Part shown: one piece after another, positions 37,892 through 47,343 of the stretch
Layout of the letters: each line of letters starts with the position of its first letter
How positions within the stretch are numbered: the first letter of the stretch is position 1
Source of the DNA: Candidatus Eiseniibacteriota bacterium
GTDB lineage: Bacteria > Eisenbacteria > RBG-16-71-46
Assembly: GCA_963776245.1 (NCBI GenBank)
Contig: CAVZLN010000003.1
Span: 768,561 to 832,560, forward strand
Reading direction: 5' to 3'
DNA length: 64,000 nucleotides
The notes under the pieces: generated by a model
The model's database searches: none
What the model was told of the DNA's origin: nothing
Seen by the model: the letters and a program-made list of their open reading frames with translations, nothing else
Position numbers and translations under genes: made by a program

Positions 37892-39860
37892 ATGAGTCGC
37901 CTCGCCCTGCTGCTCGCCGGCCTGCTGAGCGCGCTCCTGGTGGTGCAGGCCTCCGCCCGCACCGCGCCGAATCCCTCCGGCCGCGCGGTGCTCGACCCGG
38001 TCACCGGCCGTTCCCTCGATGCGGCCGGTCCGCTCGCCGCCTCCGGGCGCGCGGCCCCGGACGCGGCTCAGGCCGCCCTGTTCGTGAACGTGCCGTTGCC
38101 GGCGGGGGCCACGCTGCTGGACTCCACCTGGTACGACCTCCAGGACTTCGGTTCGCTCGGCACGCGCGTCGTGGTCCTGCCCGCCGGCGACGTGCACGTC
38201 GCCTACGAGAAGGACTTCTGCGAGATGGACGTGGCCGGGTGTCCGCCCGATCGCACCCGGGCGGTGCCCGATCCCTACCGGGGCATGGCCTACCGCCATC
38301 GCGACCCGCTGGGCGTGTGGACGAACTACGGCAAGGTCGCCGATCCCGATCTGCGCCAGGGCTGCTGCCCGACCGACCTGGTGGGCGGATTCGGCACCGT
38401 GGCGGTGACCCCCGCGGGCCGGGCCGTGGTGTCGCAGCACATGAAGGAGGACGGCTGCCCCGCCGTGCCGCGCGGCGACTTCTACCTGCAGGACGCCCCC
38501 GGCGCCTCGACCTGGACCGGCTACCTCACGCGCTACGACTCGCAGTACCAGTTCCCGCAGGTCTCGGTGAACCCGGACGGTTCCTTCACCCTGTTGGGCG
38601 AGGTGGTGCTCGCGGGCTCGTACGTCGAGACCAGCGCGATCGGCGTGAACTATTTCCCCGCGATCAAGATCGGCACGCTGTTCACCTGCCCCATCAACAC
38701 CCAGGGCGGGGCCTGGATCAGCATCATGCCGACCTCGCTCTTCCGCGATGGGCTGCCCGCCTTTCCGAGCATCGCGACCTCCACCAACGGGCGCGTCGGC
38801 GTGGCGGTCGGCGACTTCGGCGGCAACGTGTATCTGGTCGAGTCCTCGAACGGATCGTTCGCTCCGGGCACCATCACGATCCGCAATCTGACCAACACCA
38901 CGGACGCCCAGGTGACGGCGAGCGACTCGACCTCGACCCAGTACCGCTCGTACGTCAACTGCGCCATCGCCTACAACGACACCACGCCGAACGTGGTGTG
39001 GAGCGAGATCCAGGCGCGTCGCGTCGGGGGCGTGGTGACCTTCTTCGACTACCGCAGCCGCATCCGGCACTGGGACTCGATCCACGGCGCCAGCACCGTC
39101 AAGCAGGTGCAGCCCGGCGAAGCGGACCGCTTCGACGACGTGGACCAGGGCCTGTCGGGCCCTCTGCCCGGATTCAACACGCTGTCGGTGGACTGGCCCC
39201 AGGTGGGCTTCTCGCCGGACGGATCGGAGACCTACGTCACCTGGCTGCGCGCGAGCGACGCGGAGATCGACGCGACCGCGGACATGGGCCTGCCGGGCAT
39301 CGTGACGGGCGTCGGCCTTCATGGACATCGCCGCCAGCCTCCGCCTCGGCGGCGGCGCGTGGGGCCCGGCGCAGAACCTGACCGGCACGCCGACCACCGA
39401 CGAGCGGTTCCCGTCGCTGGCGGCGTGGAACCCCGGCGGCAAGGCACACGTGCTGTTCCAGGCCTCGGCCACCAACCAGGCGGGCAACGTGGTCATCGGT
39501 GACCGCGGCACCACGCCCGGCAACGTCCTGCGCCGCATCGCCTATCTCGAGAAGCCGCTGGCCGGCTCGACCGTGTCGGTCGAGGGCGGGCCCCCGGCGC
39601 ACGCGCCGGGCCTGCGGGTGTTCCCGAATCCCGCGCGCGGGCGCGTGACCTTCGCCTGGTCGGCGCCGGGCCCGGTCGCGCCGTTCGTGGACGTGTTCGC
39701 GGTGAACGGGCGCCGGGTGGCGCGCGTCGCCGTCACCGCCGGTCAGGCGGTGTGGGATGGCCGCGATGCCGAGGGACGTCCGGTCGCGACCGGCGTGTAC
39801 TGGGCGCGCACGACCGATGGAAGGGAGGAGGCCGGCAGTCGATTCCTCCTGTTGCACTGA
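37892..39860 (+). CDS. Secreted protein with a Por/T9SS-type C-terminal sorting domain, probably interrupted by a 1-nt frameshift near 39300 (the frame changes between ORF 37892..39502 and ORF 39321..39860)
   Basis: Signal peptide MSRLALLLAGLLSALLVVQASA. Coding bias runs in frame 2 up to ~39300, then in frame 0. The downstream piece carries only the sorting domain (…LRVFPNPARGRVTFAWS…VFAVNGRRVARV…GVYWARTTDG…RFLLLH) and has no N-terminal signal of its own. Confidence 0.55.
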
Positions 39861-39947
39861 ACGAACGAGCCACAACGCTCGCCCGGCGGGAAGCCGCGAG
39901 CGTCCAACCTGGACCGCACGACGCGACAAACTCTCGGAGACCGCACC

Positions 39948-40748
39948 ATGAAGACAGCTAAGACGATCCTCCTCGGGGTGGCGGGCATCGTGGTCATCGC
40001 CTCGCTGGCGTACGCCGCCGTGGTCGAGGTGTTCTCGGAGAAGGTGACCGGCGGCGCGCTCGATCACGTGTGGGTCGGCGGGTTCAACACCCCGACCCAG
40101 AAGCTCGAGCCCCTGACCGCGACCCCGGACCTGCCGTTCTACGCCAATCCCTCCGGCGATCACACGGTCGGGGTGGCGACCAATGCGGATCCCAACTTCG
40201 GGGGCATCTGCCTCACGGTGACCGACCCGAGCCCGTATCTGGGCGACTACAGCTGGGAAGCGCAGGTGTTCACCGGTCTCGAGGACACGCGCCGCGGGTT
40301 GGTGGTGCGCATGAACCCCGCCGGCGGCATCACCCAGGGCTACATGTTCGTGCTCGACGCGGGCGGGTTCAGCATCCGGCTGCGCAAGCTGACGAGCGAG
40401 AGCATCGTCCGCACGCTGGCGACGTGGAGCGCGCTCGACGCCGGATACGGGGGCTCGATCCCCCAGAACACCTGGATCAAGATGAAGGTGATCGCCACCG
40501 GCGCCTCGTTCCGCTGCTTCATCAGCGGGCCGAGCGGCGAGGTCGAGCTGCCCAACGGTCCGACCGTCGACGTGCCGGCCGTCAACGAGCCGCCCGATCC
40601 GTTCCTGCAGGGCTGGGTCGGCGTGTACAACTTCCGCTTCGACCTCGGCAACGTGCCGGTCTACTTCGACGACCTCATCCTGTCCGCCGACCCCAGCACC
40701 CCGGCGACCCCGATGACGTTCGGCGCGCTCAAGGCGCGCTACCGCTAG
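39948..40748 (+). CDS. Secreted hypothetical protein (266 aa), possibly a concanavalin-like fold
   Basis: Signal/anchor MKTAKTILLGVAGIVVIASLAYAAVV. SD GGAGACCGCACC precedes the ATG. Beta-rich composition; no motif I can name with confidence. Confidence 0.6.
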   Translation: MKTAKTILLGVAGIVVIASLAYAAVVEVFSEKVTGGALDHVWVGGFNTPTQKLEPLTATPDLPFYANPSGDHTVGVATNADPNFGGICLTVTDPSPYLGDYSWEAQVFTGLEDTRRGLVVRMNPAGGITQGYMFVLDAGGFSIRLRKLTSESIVRTLATWSALDAGYGGSIPQNTWIKMKVIATGASFRCFISGPSGEVELPNGPTVDVPAVNEPPDPFLQGWVGVYNFRFDLGNVPVYFDDLILSADPSTPATPMTFGALKARYR

Positions 40749-40794
40749 CGCCGGCGCCGCGTCCGGCGAGAGCGGGCTGCCCCGCTCGCACGAA

Positions 40795-40826
40795 GAACGC
40801 CCGGGAGGGAGACCTCCCGGGCGTTC
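40795..40826. terminator. Perfect 14-bp stem with a GAGA tetraloop (GAACGCCCGGGAGG-GAGA-CCTCCCGGGCGTTC) between convergent genes; strong candidate bidirectional terminator
   Basis: Read directly ~50 nt after the + gene stop and ~17 nt after the minus-strand AtuA-like stop. Confidence 0.5.
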
Positions 40827-40842
40827 GCACGCCGCCGTCGCG

Positions 40843-42726
40843 CTACTTCCGCTTCACCGGCGCCGCCGCCTTCCCGCCCGCGGGCCGCGCGCGCCCGCCC
40901 GCCGGCCGCGTCCGCGGCTGGCGCGCCCGCCACCCCGCCGCTTCATCCCCGCGCTTCGCCGCGTCGACCAGCGCCCGGGGCACCTTCACCTCCATGGCGA
41001 GCAGCGCGTGCGAGAGCGTCTTGCCCTGAGGGTCGAACCGCAACGAGACCGTGCCGCCGCCGCCGAGCGATTCGTGGAGCAGGAAGTTGAGCGCGCACAG
41101 GTTGGGCACCTCGTGGCGCACGACCCGGCCGAGGCACACGCCCTTGAAGCGCCGCTTGACCACCGCGGCGGTGAGCGTGCGACGGAGCCAGGGGTAGATC
41201 TCGGGGGCGCGGGCGATGATGCCGAGGTTGGCGGTGTCGCCCTTGTCGCCGCTGCGGCCATGCGCCAGCACCGAGAGGGGCGCGGTCACCCGCCGCTGCG
41301 CGCCCTTCGCGGCCGGCCACGCGACCTTCGGCAGCGGCGGCGGGCGCCGCATCGGCACCAGCGGCGTCGGCCATTCGAGCGGGCGCTCGCCGTCGCGGGT
41401 CACCAGCGTGGGCTTCACGCGGTCGCGCGGCACCAGCGCGGGCCAGTACGCCACCACCTCCTGCGCCTGCGGGCGGCCGCCGGTCACTGCCACCCCCGGA
41501 GGGCCCGAGAGGATGACCGCGGGCACCAGCTTCGAGAACCGCTCGATCTTCGACTTGTCCCGGTCGCGCACCGAGAGGCGCAGCAGCACCTCCTGCGGCT
41601 CGCTCGGCGCGGCGATCGGGCCCCAGCACGACGAATGGCCGACGAAATCGGTGTAGCTCTCGGTGAACGTGAGCCCGAGCCGCTTCCAGAACAGCTCGGC
41701 GAACGCGTACGCCTTCTCGAGTGCGTCGGGCGCCGAGATGATGAGCGTGCCGCTCGCCTTCCAGCCGTCGAAGTAGGAGGCGCTCACCTTGAGGTCGGGC
41801 GGCGCGGGGCGGCCCTTCACGCCCCACACGCGCACGCGGTCGCGGCCCGCGGGCTCGAGGCGGATGCTGGCGAAGTCGGCCACCACGTCGGGCGTGATGT
41901 AGGCGCGCGGGTCGCCCATCTCGTACACCAGCTGCTCCTCCACCGTGCGCACCGTGACCGCGCCGCCGGTGCCGGGATGCTTGGTGACGATGAACGAGCC
42001 GTCCGCGGACACCTCGAGCACCGGGTAACCGATGGACGCGAAGCGCTGGATCCCGCGCCAGTCGCTGAAGTTGCCGCCGGTACTCTGCGCCCCGCACTCG
42101 ATGATGTGCCCGGCCACGATGCCGGCAGCGAGGCGGTCCCAGTCATCGGGCGCCCAGCCGAACGCGTGGAGCATGGGCGCCAGCGTGATGCCGGTGTCGG
42201 TGCAGCGGCCGGTCACCACCACCTGCGCGCCGCTCTTCAGCGCCTCCGCCACCGGCCACGCGCCGTAGTACGCGTTCGCCGACGACACGCGATCGCGCAC
42301 CGCGGCGAACGGCGCGCCGGTGTCCATGTCGTTCAGCGTCACCCCGGCGGCGTTCATCTCGCCCAGCCGCGCCATCAGGTCGTCGCCGATCACGGCGGCG
42401 ACCTCGAGCGTGCGCCCGTGGCGCTGCGCCATCTCGAGCAGCGCGCCGCGGCACGCGCGCGGGTTCACGCCGCCGGCATTGGTGATCGCGCGCGCGCCGC
42501 GTGCCGCCAGCAGCTCGAGCGATTCCTCGACCTGAGCGACGAAATCGCGCGCGAAGCCCGCGCGCGGGTCGCGAGCGCGCTGCTTCTGCATGATCGACAT
42601 GGTGATCTCGGCCAGGAAGTCGAGCGTCACGTAGTCGACCGGGCCGAGTTCGAGCTGGCGGCGGAACTGGGCGAGGTCGTCGCCCCAGTAGCCGCCGGCG
42701 TTCGCGATGCGGATGACGTCGGACAT
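40843..42726 (-). CDS. AtuA-family protein (DUF1446) fused to a C-terminal DUF4387-like domain (627 aa)
   Basis: N-terminus MSDVIRIANAGGYWGDD…VDYVTLDFLAEITMSIMQKQRARDP matches the AtuA family. The C-terminal ~110 aa (…LSVLAHGRSGDKGDTANLGIIA…NFLLHESLGGGGTVSLRFD…) resemble DUF4387. ATG verified. The 790 upstream codons of ORF 40843..45099 are antisense shadow of the + gene. Confidence 0.75.
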   Translation of the reverse strand: MSDVIRIANAGGYWGDDLAQFRRQLELGPVDYVTLDFLAEITMSIMQKQRARDPRAGFARDFVAQVEESLELLAARGARAITNAGGVNPRACRGALLEMAQRHGRTLEVAAVIGDDLMARLGEMNAAGVTLNDMDTGAPFAAVRDRVSSANAYYGAWPVAEALKSGAQVVVTGRCTDTGITLAPMLHAFGWAPDDWDRLAAGIVAGHIIECGAQSTGGNFSDWRGIQRFASIGYPVLEVSADGSFIVTKHPGTGGAVTVRTVEEQLVYEMGDPRAYITPDVVADFASIRLEPAGRDRVRVWGVKGRPAPPDLKVSASYFDGWKASGTLIISAPDALEKAYAFAELFWKRLGLTFTESYTDFVGHSSCWGPIAAPSEPQEVLLRLSVRDRDKSKIERFSKLVPAVILSGPPGVAVTGGRPQAQEVVAYWPALVPRDRVKPTLVTRDGERPLEWPTPLVPMRRPPPLPKVAWPAAKGAQRRVTAPLSVLAHGRSGDKGDTANLGIIARAPEIYPWLRRTLTAAVVKRRFKGVCLGRVVRHEVPNLCALNFLLHESLGGGGTVSLRFDPQGKTLSHALLAMEVKVPRALVDAAKRGDEAAGWRARQPRTRPAGGRARPAGGKAAAPVKRK

Positions 42727-42963
42727 GGCGTGGGTCCCGCGGGTCGGGGTGGCGCCGCGCGCGGCGGCATCGGCGTGGGCGCAAACTCGCACGGGCGGCG
42801 GGGGAGCGTCAACTTCGGCCGCCGGTGGGCGAGCGCCGCCGGACGATTGTCGGGACGCGGTCCGGGCGCTACCCTCGCCGCCTGTTTCGCGAGCCGGCCG
42901 AACCGGCCCGCGCGCCGGAGCCCGGTCGAGCGGCCGGCGCGCTGTGTCGAAGGGAACGCATCC

Positions 42964-44628
42964 ATGTGGAACGTCCGACGCCGAAGCCCCGGGCCACCGC
43001 CCGCACCGCCCACGAGCGCGGAGATCGTCGCCGATCTGCTGCTCGCCTCCGCGGTGCTCTACGGGGTCATCACGGTGGCGTTCCGCGCCATCGACTCGCT
43101 GGTGGTGCGCTCGTTCGACGACGCGTTCTACTTCTCGCGCATCGCCGAGAACCTCGCGGGCGGGCTCGGCTCCACCTTCGATGGGATCCACCCGACCAAT
43201 GGGTACCAGCCGCTGTGGCAGTGGATGCTGGTCCCGCTGTTCAGCGCGCGCGGGTGGCGCCCCGAGACGCTGTTCCGGCTCCAGCTCGCGTATCAGGTGG
43301 TGCTGCTGGCGGGCGCCGGACTGCTGTTCCGGCGGCTGATGCGCACCTTCGTGGGCGGCTGGCCGGCGGCGGTCGGCATGGTGCTGTTCGTGTTCCTGGT
43401 GTTCCACCCGTCGCTCAACGGGATGGAGACCGCGCTCCAGGTGTGCGCCCTCGTGCTGCTGCCCGCGTTCGCCTGGCGGTCGCGCGCGCTCGGTGACGGC
43501 GGTCCGCGCGCCGCGTTCGGACTCGGGCTGCTGGTGGGTCTCGCGGTGCTCGCACGCCTCGACCTGGTGTTCCTGCCGCTGGTCCTCGCGGTGACCGGGC
43601 TGGCGCAGTGGCTCGCGGGGCGCGAGCCGCGCGCGGCGGTCGCGGCGCGCACCGCGGCACTGATGGCGGGCGTCGCGCTGGTGGTAGTGCCCTACCTGGC
43701 ATGGAACCGCTGGGCGTTCGGCTCCTGGGTGCCGATCAGCGGCATGCTCAAGTCGAGCTTCCCGGCGATCGACATCGTGAGCTCGCCGCCCGCCCGGCTC
43801 GGCGTGCGCGGCATGTTGCACCTCGGGCTCGCGGGGCTGTTCCTGGTGACGTGGGCCGCGGGGCTCGGCCGCCGGGCGCAGGACCCGGCCCGCCGCTACT
43901 GGCAGGGGATGCTCGCGATCGCCTGCGGCACGCTGTTCCTCCACCTCCTGTATTCCACCCTCTTCATGAGCTGGGGCGTGTTCCGCTGGCACTTCCTGTG
44001 GTACGCGCTGGTCACCTGCATGGTGGTGCCCGAGGGGCTGCGCGCCGCGGCCGCGTGGGAGCGGCGCCGGGGGCGCGTGCGAGCCGCGTGGGCCGAGGCG
44101 GGCGCGATGACCCTGGTGGCGCTGCTGGCGCTCGCCGGGGTGCGCGAGGTGCTCCAGAAGGACTACGCGCGGCTGCCCTACACCTGGCACCAGGCCGCGT
44201 ACGAGGCGAGCCTCTGGACCCGCGACCACGTGCCGGCCGACGCGGTGATGGCGATGCACGATGCCGGCCTGTTCGGCTACTTCAGCCGGCGGCGCGTGGT
44301 GAACCTGGACGGCGTGGTGAACAATCTCGAGTACCAGCGCACGCTGAGTGAGCACCACCTCGGCGACTACCTGCGGCGGAGCGGCGTGCGCTACCTGGTG
44401 AAGCACGACTTCGGTCACGTGGACAACGGCGGCAGCCTCGACATCCACACCTACGACCACGCCCTCTACCAGGTGCTGAGCCGCCTCCACCACACGTGGA
44501 GCGACACGCTCTGGCTCGACCGCGCGCGCGAGGTCTACCGCTCGGCCGAGCACGTGTACCAGGGCCGGGCCATGGTGCTCGCGATCTGGGAGCTGCCCGC
44601 GGTCGCCGAGGGCGCGAAGGCGCGCTGA
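42964..44628 (+). CDS. Polytopic integral membrane protein (554 aa), possibly a glycosyl/arabinosyl-transferase-like protein; hypothetical
   Basis: ATG after GAAGGGAA. About 10 or more TM helices. C-terminal soluble domain …YLVKHDFGHVDNGGSLD… Lower part of ORF 41008..44628; the upstream 650 codons are shadow. Confidence 0.7.
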   Translation: MWNVRRRSPGPPPAPPTSAEIVADLLLASAVLYGVITVAFRAIDSLVVRSFDDAFYFSRIAENLAGGLGSTFDGIHPTNGYQPLWQWMLVPLFSARGWRPETLFRLQLAYQVVLLAGAGLLFRRLMRTFVGGWPAAVGMVLFVFLVFHPSLNGMETALQVCALVLLPAFAWRSRALGDGGPRAAFGLGLLVGLAVLARLDLVFLPLVLAVTGLAQWLAGREPRAAVAARTAALMAGVALVVVPYLAWNRWAFGSWVPISGMLKSSFPAIDIVSSPPARLGVRGMLHLGLAGLFLVTWAAGLGRRAQDPARRYWQGMLAIACGTLFLHLLYSTLFMSWGVFRWHFLWYALVTCMVVPEGLRAAAAWERRRGRVRAAWAEAGAMTLVALLALAGVREVLQKDYARLPYTWHQAAYEASLWTRDHVPADAVMAMHDAGLFGYFSRRRVVNLDGVVNNLEYQRTLSEHHLGDYLRRSGVRYLVKHDFGHVDNGGSLDIHTYDHALYQVLSRLHHTWSDTLWLDRAREVYRSAEHVYQGRAMVLAIWELPAVAEGAKAR

Positions 44629-45033
44629 GCCGTCCGCGCCGAAACGCGAACACGGCCCGGGGCGCGACATCCACCCCGGACCGTGCGTTGCGCGCGAGCG
44701 ACTCCAGCGCGTTCGTGGGCTCACGCGCCTGTTGCTTACCGGCCGCCGGCCAGCGGCCCGCGTCACATGCCCGCGAGATCCATCGGACCCGACGACAGGA
44801 TGGACCGGAACCACCGCGGAGAGGATGCCTCCTCTGGGAGACGGTGCCGCCCGCCGCTGGGGGCGGCGGTGTGCCCGCGCCCTGGACGTGACGGGCCGGC
44901 TCCCGGGCGCCCGCCGGCCCGGTGCGCGGTCATTGCCCAGCCCCATGCCGCATGCTAGGTTGCGCGCCATCGCATTCCCTCCGGCAGGCTCCGCGGCCAC
45001 GCCCTGGGGCCCATCGCTCTCCATGAGGTGCCC

Positions 45034-45615
45034 ATGTCCTCCACCACCCGCACGCTCACCCTCGCCGACCTCGCCCTGCCACGCGCCGGCTGGGCCCACA
45101 ACGTCCTGCTGGTGCTCGGCGCCGGGCTGGTCACCGCGCTGGCCGCGCGTCTCGCGCTGCCGCTGCCGTGGTCGCCAGTGCCGTTGACCGGGCAGACCTT
45201 CGCGGTACTGCTCTCGGGCGCGGTGCTGGGCGCGCGCCGCGGCGCGCTCGCGCAGGCGCTCTACGTGGCGCAGGGCGCGCTCGGACTGCCGGTGTTCGCC
45301 GCCGGGGCCGCCGGGCTGGGCGGGCCGAGCACCGGCTACCTTCTCGCGTTCCCGCTCGCGGCGTTCATCACCGGCGCGCTCGCCGAGCGCGGGTGGGACC
45401 GTCGTTTTCCCACCACCGTGGCGGCGATGCTGCTGGGCAGCGCGGTGATCCTCGCGAGCGGGCTGGCCGGGCTGGCGGTGGTCTTGCCGCGCGCCCAGTG
45501 GGTGACCGCGGGCCTGCTGCCGTTCGTGCCCGGGGACGTGGTGAAGTCGGTGCTCGCGGCGCTGGTGCTTCCGCGTCTCTGGAGACTCGCGCGCCGCGGC
45601 GGGAACACGGAGTGA
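45034..45615 (+). CDS. bioY: BioY-family biotin transporter S-component
   Basis: …LTGQTFAVLLSGAVLG…YLLAFPLAAFITGALAERGWDRRFPTT…LLPFVPGDVVKSVLAALV matches the BioY family. GAGGTG precedes the ATG. The ORF track starts at the GTG at 45028. Confidence 0.8.
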   Translation: MSSTTRTLTLADLALPRAGWAHNVLLVLGAGLVTALAARLALPLPWSPVPLTGQTFAVLLSGAVLGARRGALAQALYVAQGALGLPVFAAGAAGLGGPSTGYLLAFPLAAFITGALAERGWDRRFPTTVAAMLLGSAVILASGLAGLAVVLPRAQWVTAGLLPFVPGDVVKSVLAALVLPRLWRLARRGGNTE

Positions 45616-46472
45616 CGGTCCGCACCATCGGCGTGCTGGGCGCCGGCTCGATGGGCCGCGGGATCGCCCACGTCGCCGCGCTCGGCGGATTCGACACGCG
45701 CCTGCAGGACTCCAGCCCCGACGCGCTCGCGCGCGCGGTCAGCGCGATCCACGTCCTCCTCGACCAGGGCGTGACCTCCGGCCGGGTGGGCGCGGACGAC
45801 GCGGCGGCCGCCAAGCGCAAGCTCACCCCGGTGGCCACGCTCGAGGACGCGGCCCGCGATGCCGACCTGGTCATCGAGGCGGTGCCCGAGCGCATCGAGC
45901 TCAAGGTGGAGGTGTTCGCGGCCCTCGATCGCGTGGCGCCGGCGCACGCGCTGCTGGCGTCGAACACCTCGTCGCTCTCGATCACCGAGATGGCCGCCGC
46001 CACCACGCGCCCGCGCCAGGTGCTGGGCATGCACTTCTTCAATCCCGTCCATCGCATGAAGCTGCTCGAGGTGGTGCGGGCCCTCGAGAGCGGTGAGGAG
46101 GCCGTCGCCGCCGCGTGCGAGGTGGGCCGGGCGATGGGCAAGGAGTGCGTGGTGGTGCGCGAGTCGCCCGGATTCGTGACCAGTCGCATCAACGCCATGA
46201 TCGGCAACGAGGCGTTCTACCTGCTGCAGGAAGGCGTGGCGAGCGCCGCGGACATCGACCGGGCGCTCCGGCTGGGGCTCAACCATCCGATGGGGCCGTT
46301 CGAGCTGGTGGACCTGGTGGGTCTCGACACGCGACTCGCGATCCTGCGCTTCCTGCACCGCACGCTGGGCGAGAAGTTCCGTCCCTGCCCGCTCATGGAG
46401 CAGTACGTCGCGGCCGGCAGGCTGGGCCGCAAGGTCGGCCGCGGGGTGTACGAGTACGAGGGGGCGGGGTGA
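45612..46472 (+). CDS. 3-hydroxybutyryl-CoA (3-hydroxyacyl-CoA) dehydrogenase
   Basis: Rossmann motif IGVLGAGSMGRGIA, NTSSLSI, and …FFNPVHRMKLLEVV… GTG start overlaps the bioY stop (GTGA). Confidence 0.85.
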   Translation: MTVRTIGVLGAGSMGRGIAHVAALGGFDTRLQDSSPDALARAVSAIHVLLDQGVTSGRVGADDAAAAKRKLTPVATLEDAARDADLVIEAVPERIELKVEVFAALDRVAPAHALLASNTSSLSITEMAAATTRPRQVLGMHFFNPVHRMKLLEVVRALESGEEAVAAACEVGRAMGKECVVVRESPGFVTSRINAMIGNEAFYLLQEGVASAADIDRALRLGLNHPMGPFELVDLVGLDTRLAILRFLHRTLGEKFRPCPLMEQYVAAGRLGRKVGRGVYEYEGAG

Positions 46473-46538
46473 GCGCGGCGCGCAGGCGTCCGGCGAAGCC
46501 GAAGGCGGCGCGGCGAAAGACAGCCAGGACCCGGGCGG

Positions 46539-46648
46539 CGGCCAAGCCCGCGCGCACGCGCACGCCGGCCAAGCCCGCGCGCGCTCGCACCCCGGCGCAA
46601 GCCCGCGCGAACTCGCACGCCGGCCAAGCCCGCGAGCGCTCGCGCTGC
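46539..46648. repeat. Four imperfect tandem copies of a 27-28-bp GC-rich unit (CGGCCAAGCCCGCGCGCACGCGCACGC-like)
   Basis: Read directly, immediately downstream of the dehydrogenase stop. No start codon lies in the only open frame. Confidence 0.5.
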
Positions 46649-46664
46649 GAAGCGCCCTGCGCTG

Positions 46665-47231
46665 GTGCTGGTGCGACGTGAACCGCCGCGCGCCCGGCGC
46701 GCCGCGCGGTCGGCGGTGCCCCGACTTCCGGCGCCGCCCGCGTTCGCGGGCGCAAAGGCCGGCGCCTCGGCCCGCGAACTGGTGCTGTTCGAGCTGGTGC
46801 GCGCGCGCGTCGCGGTGCACGCGGCGCTGCAGGGGCTCACCGAGGCGTCGGCGAACGTCCCGATGGCCCCCGGCCGGTGGTCGCCGCGCCAGGTCGCGCT
46901 CCATCTGGTGTCGTGGGACCGCGAGGCGATCCTATTGCTCGAGGCCGCTTACGCGCGCGACGCGCGCCCGACCTTCGACCGGGCACAACTCGAGGTCATC
47001 AACGCGGCGGGGCTGGCCCGGCTGGAGCACCATTCCTGGGAGGAGGCGTGGCGGCTCCTCCACGAGGCGCGCGACGATCTGCGCGCGGCGCTGGAGACCA
47101 TCCCCGACGAGCCGGCGCAGGTGTGGTCGGAGGAGCACGCGGTGGGCTGGCTGGCCCGCTTCATCGCCTGGCACGACCGTCATCACGCCGACGCGCTCAA
47201 GGCCGCGCGGATCGCGACCCCTTCTCGCTGA
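46665..47231 (+). CDS. DinB_2/DUF1706-like four-helix-bundle protein; start uncertain
   Basis: …WSPRQVALHLVSWDREAILLLEAA…WLARFIAWHDRHHADALKAA resembles the DinB_2/ClbS-type family. The ORF-track start is GTG at 46665; GTG at ~46782 is an alternative. Confidence 0.55.
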   Translation: MLVRREPPRARRAARSAVPRLPAPPAFAGAKAGASARELVLFELVRARVAVHAALQGLTEASANVPMAPGRWSPRQVALHLVSWDREAILLLEAAYARDARPTFDRAQLEVINAAGLARLEHHSWEEAWRLLHEARDDLRAALETIPDEPAQVWSEEHAVGWLARFIAWHDRHHADALKAARIATPSR

Positions 47232-47343
47232 CGACGCCGGTTTCCTCGACACCGCGTGCGGGTCGCGGCATCATATCGGCCAGCGCCTCATCGACCGCCC
47301 GCGCGATCCCGCGCGGCGCCCACGCACGACGCGGAGATCCTGC

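Noticed and set aside
35581-38004. 807-aa minus-strand ORF antisense to the TonB receptor and response regulator
   Set aside because: No motifs; the plus-strand genes are well supported.
46539-46648. Tandem repeats considered as a CRISPR array
   Set aside because: The units are contiguous with no unique spacers, are imperfect, and there are only four copies. No cas genes are present in the window.
46115-46681. ORF 46115..46681 encoding an AKPARTRTPAKPARARTPAQ repeat peptide
   Set aside because: It overlaps hbd in another frame. After the hbd stop there is no start codon in that frame, so the repeat is treated as noncoding DNA.
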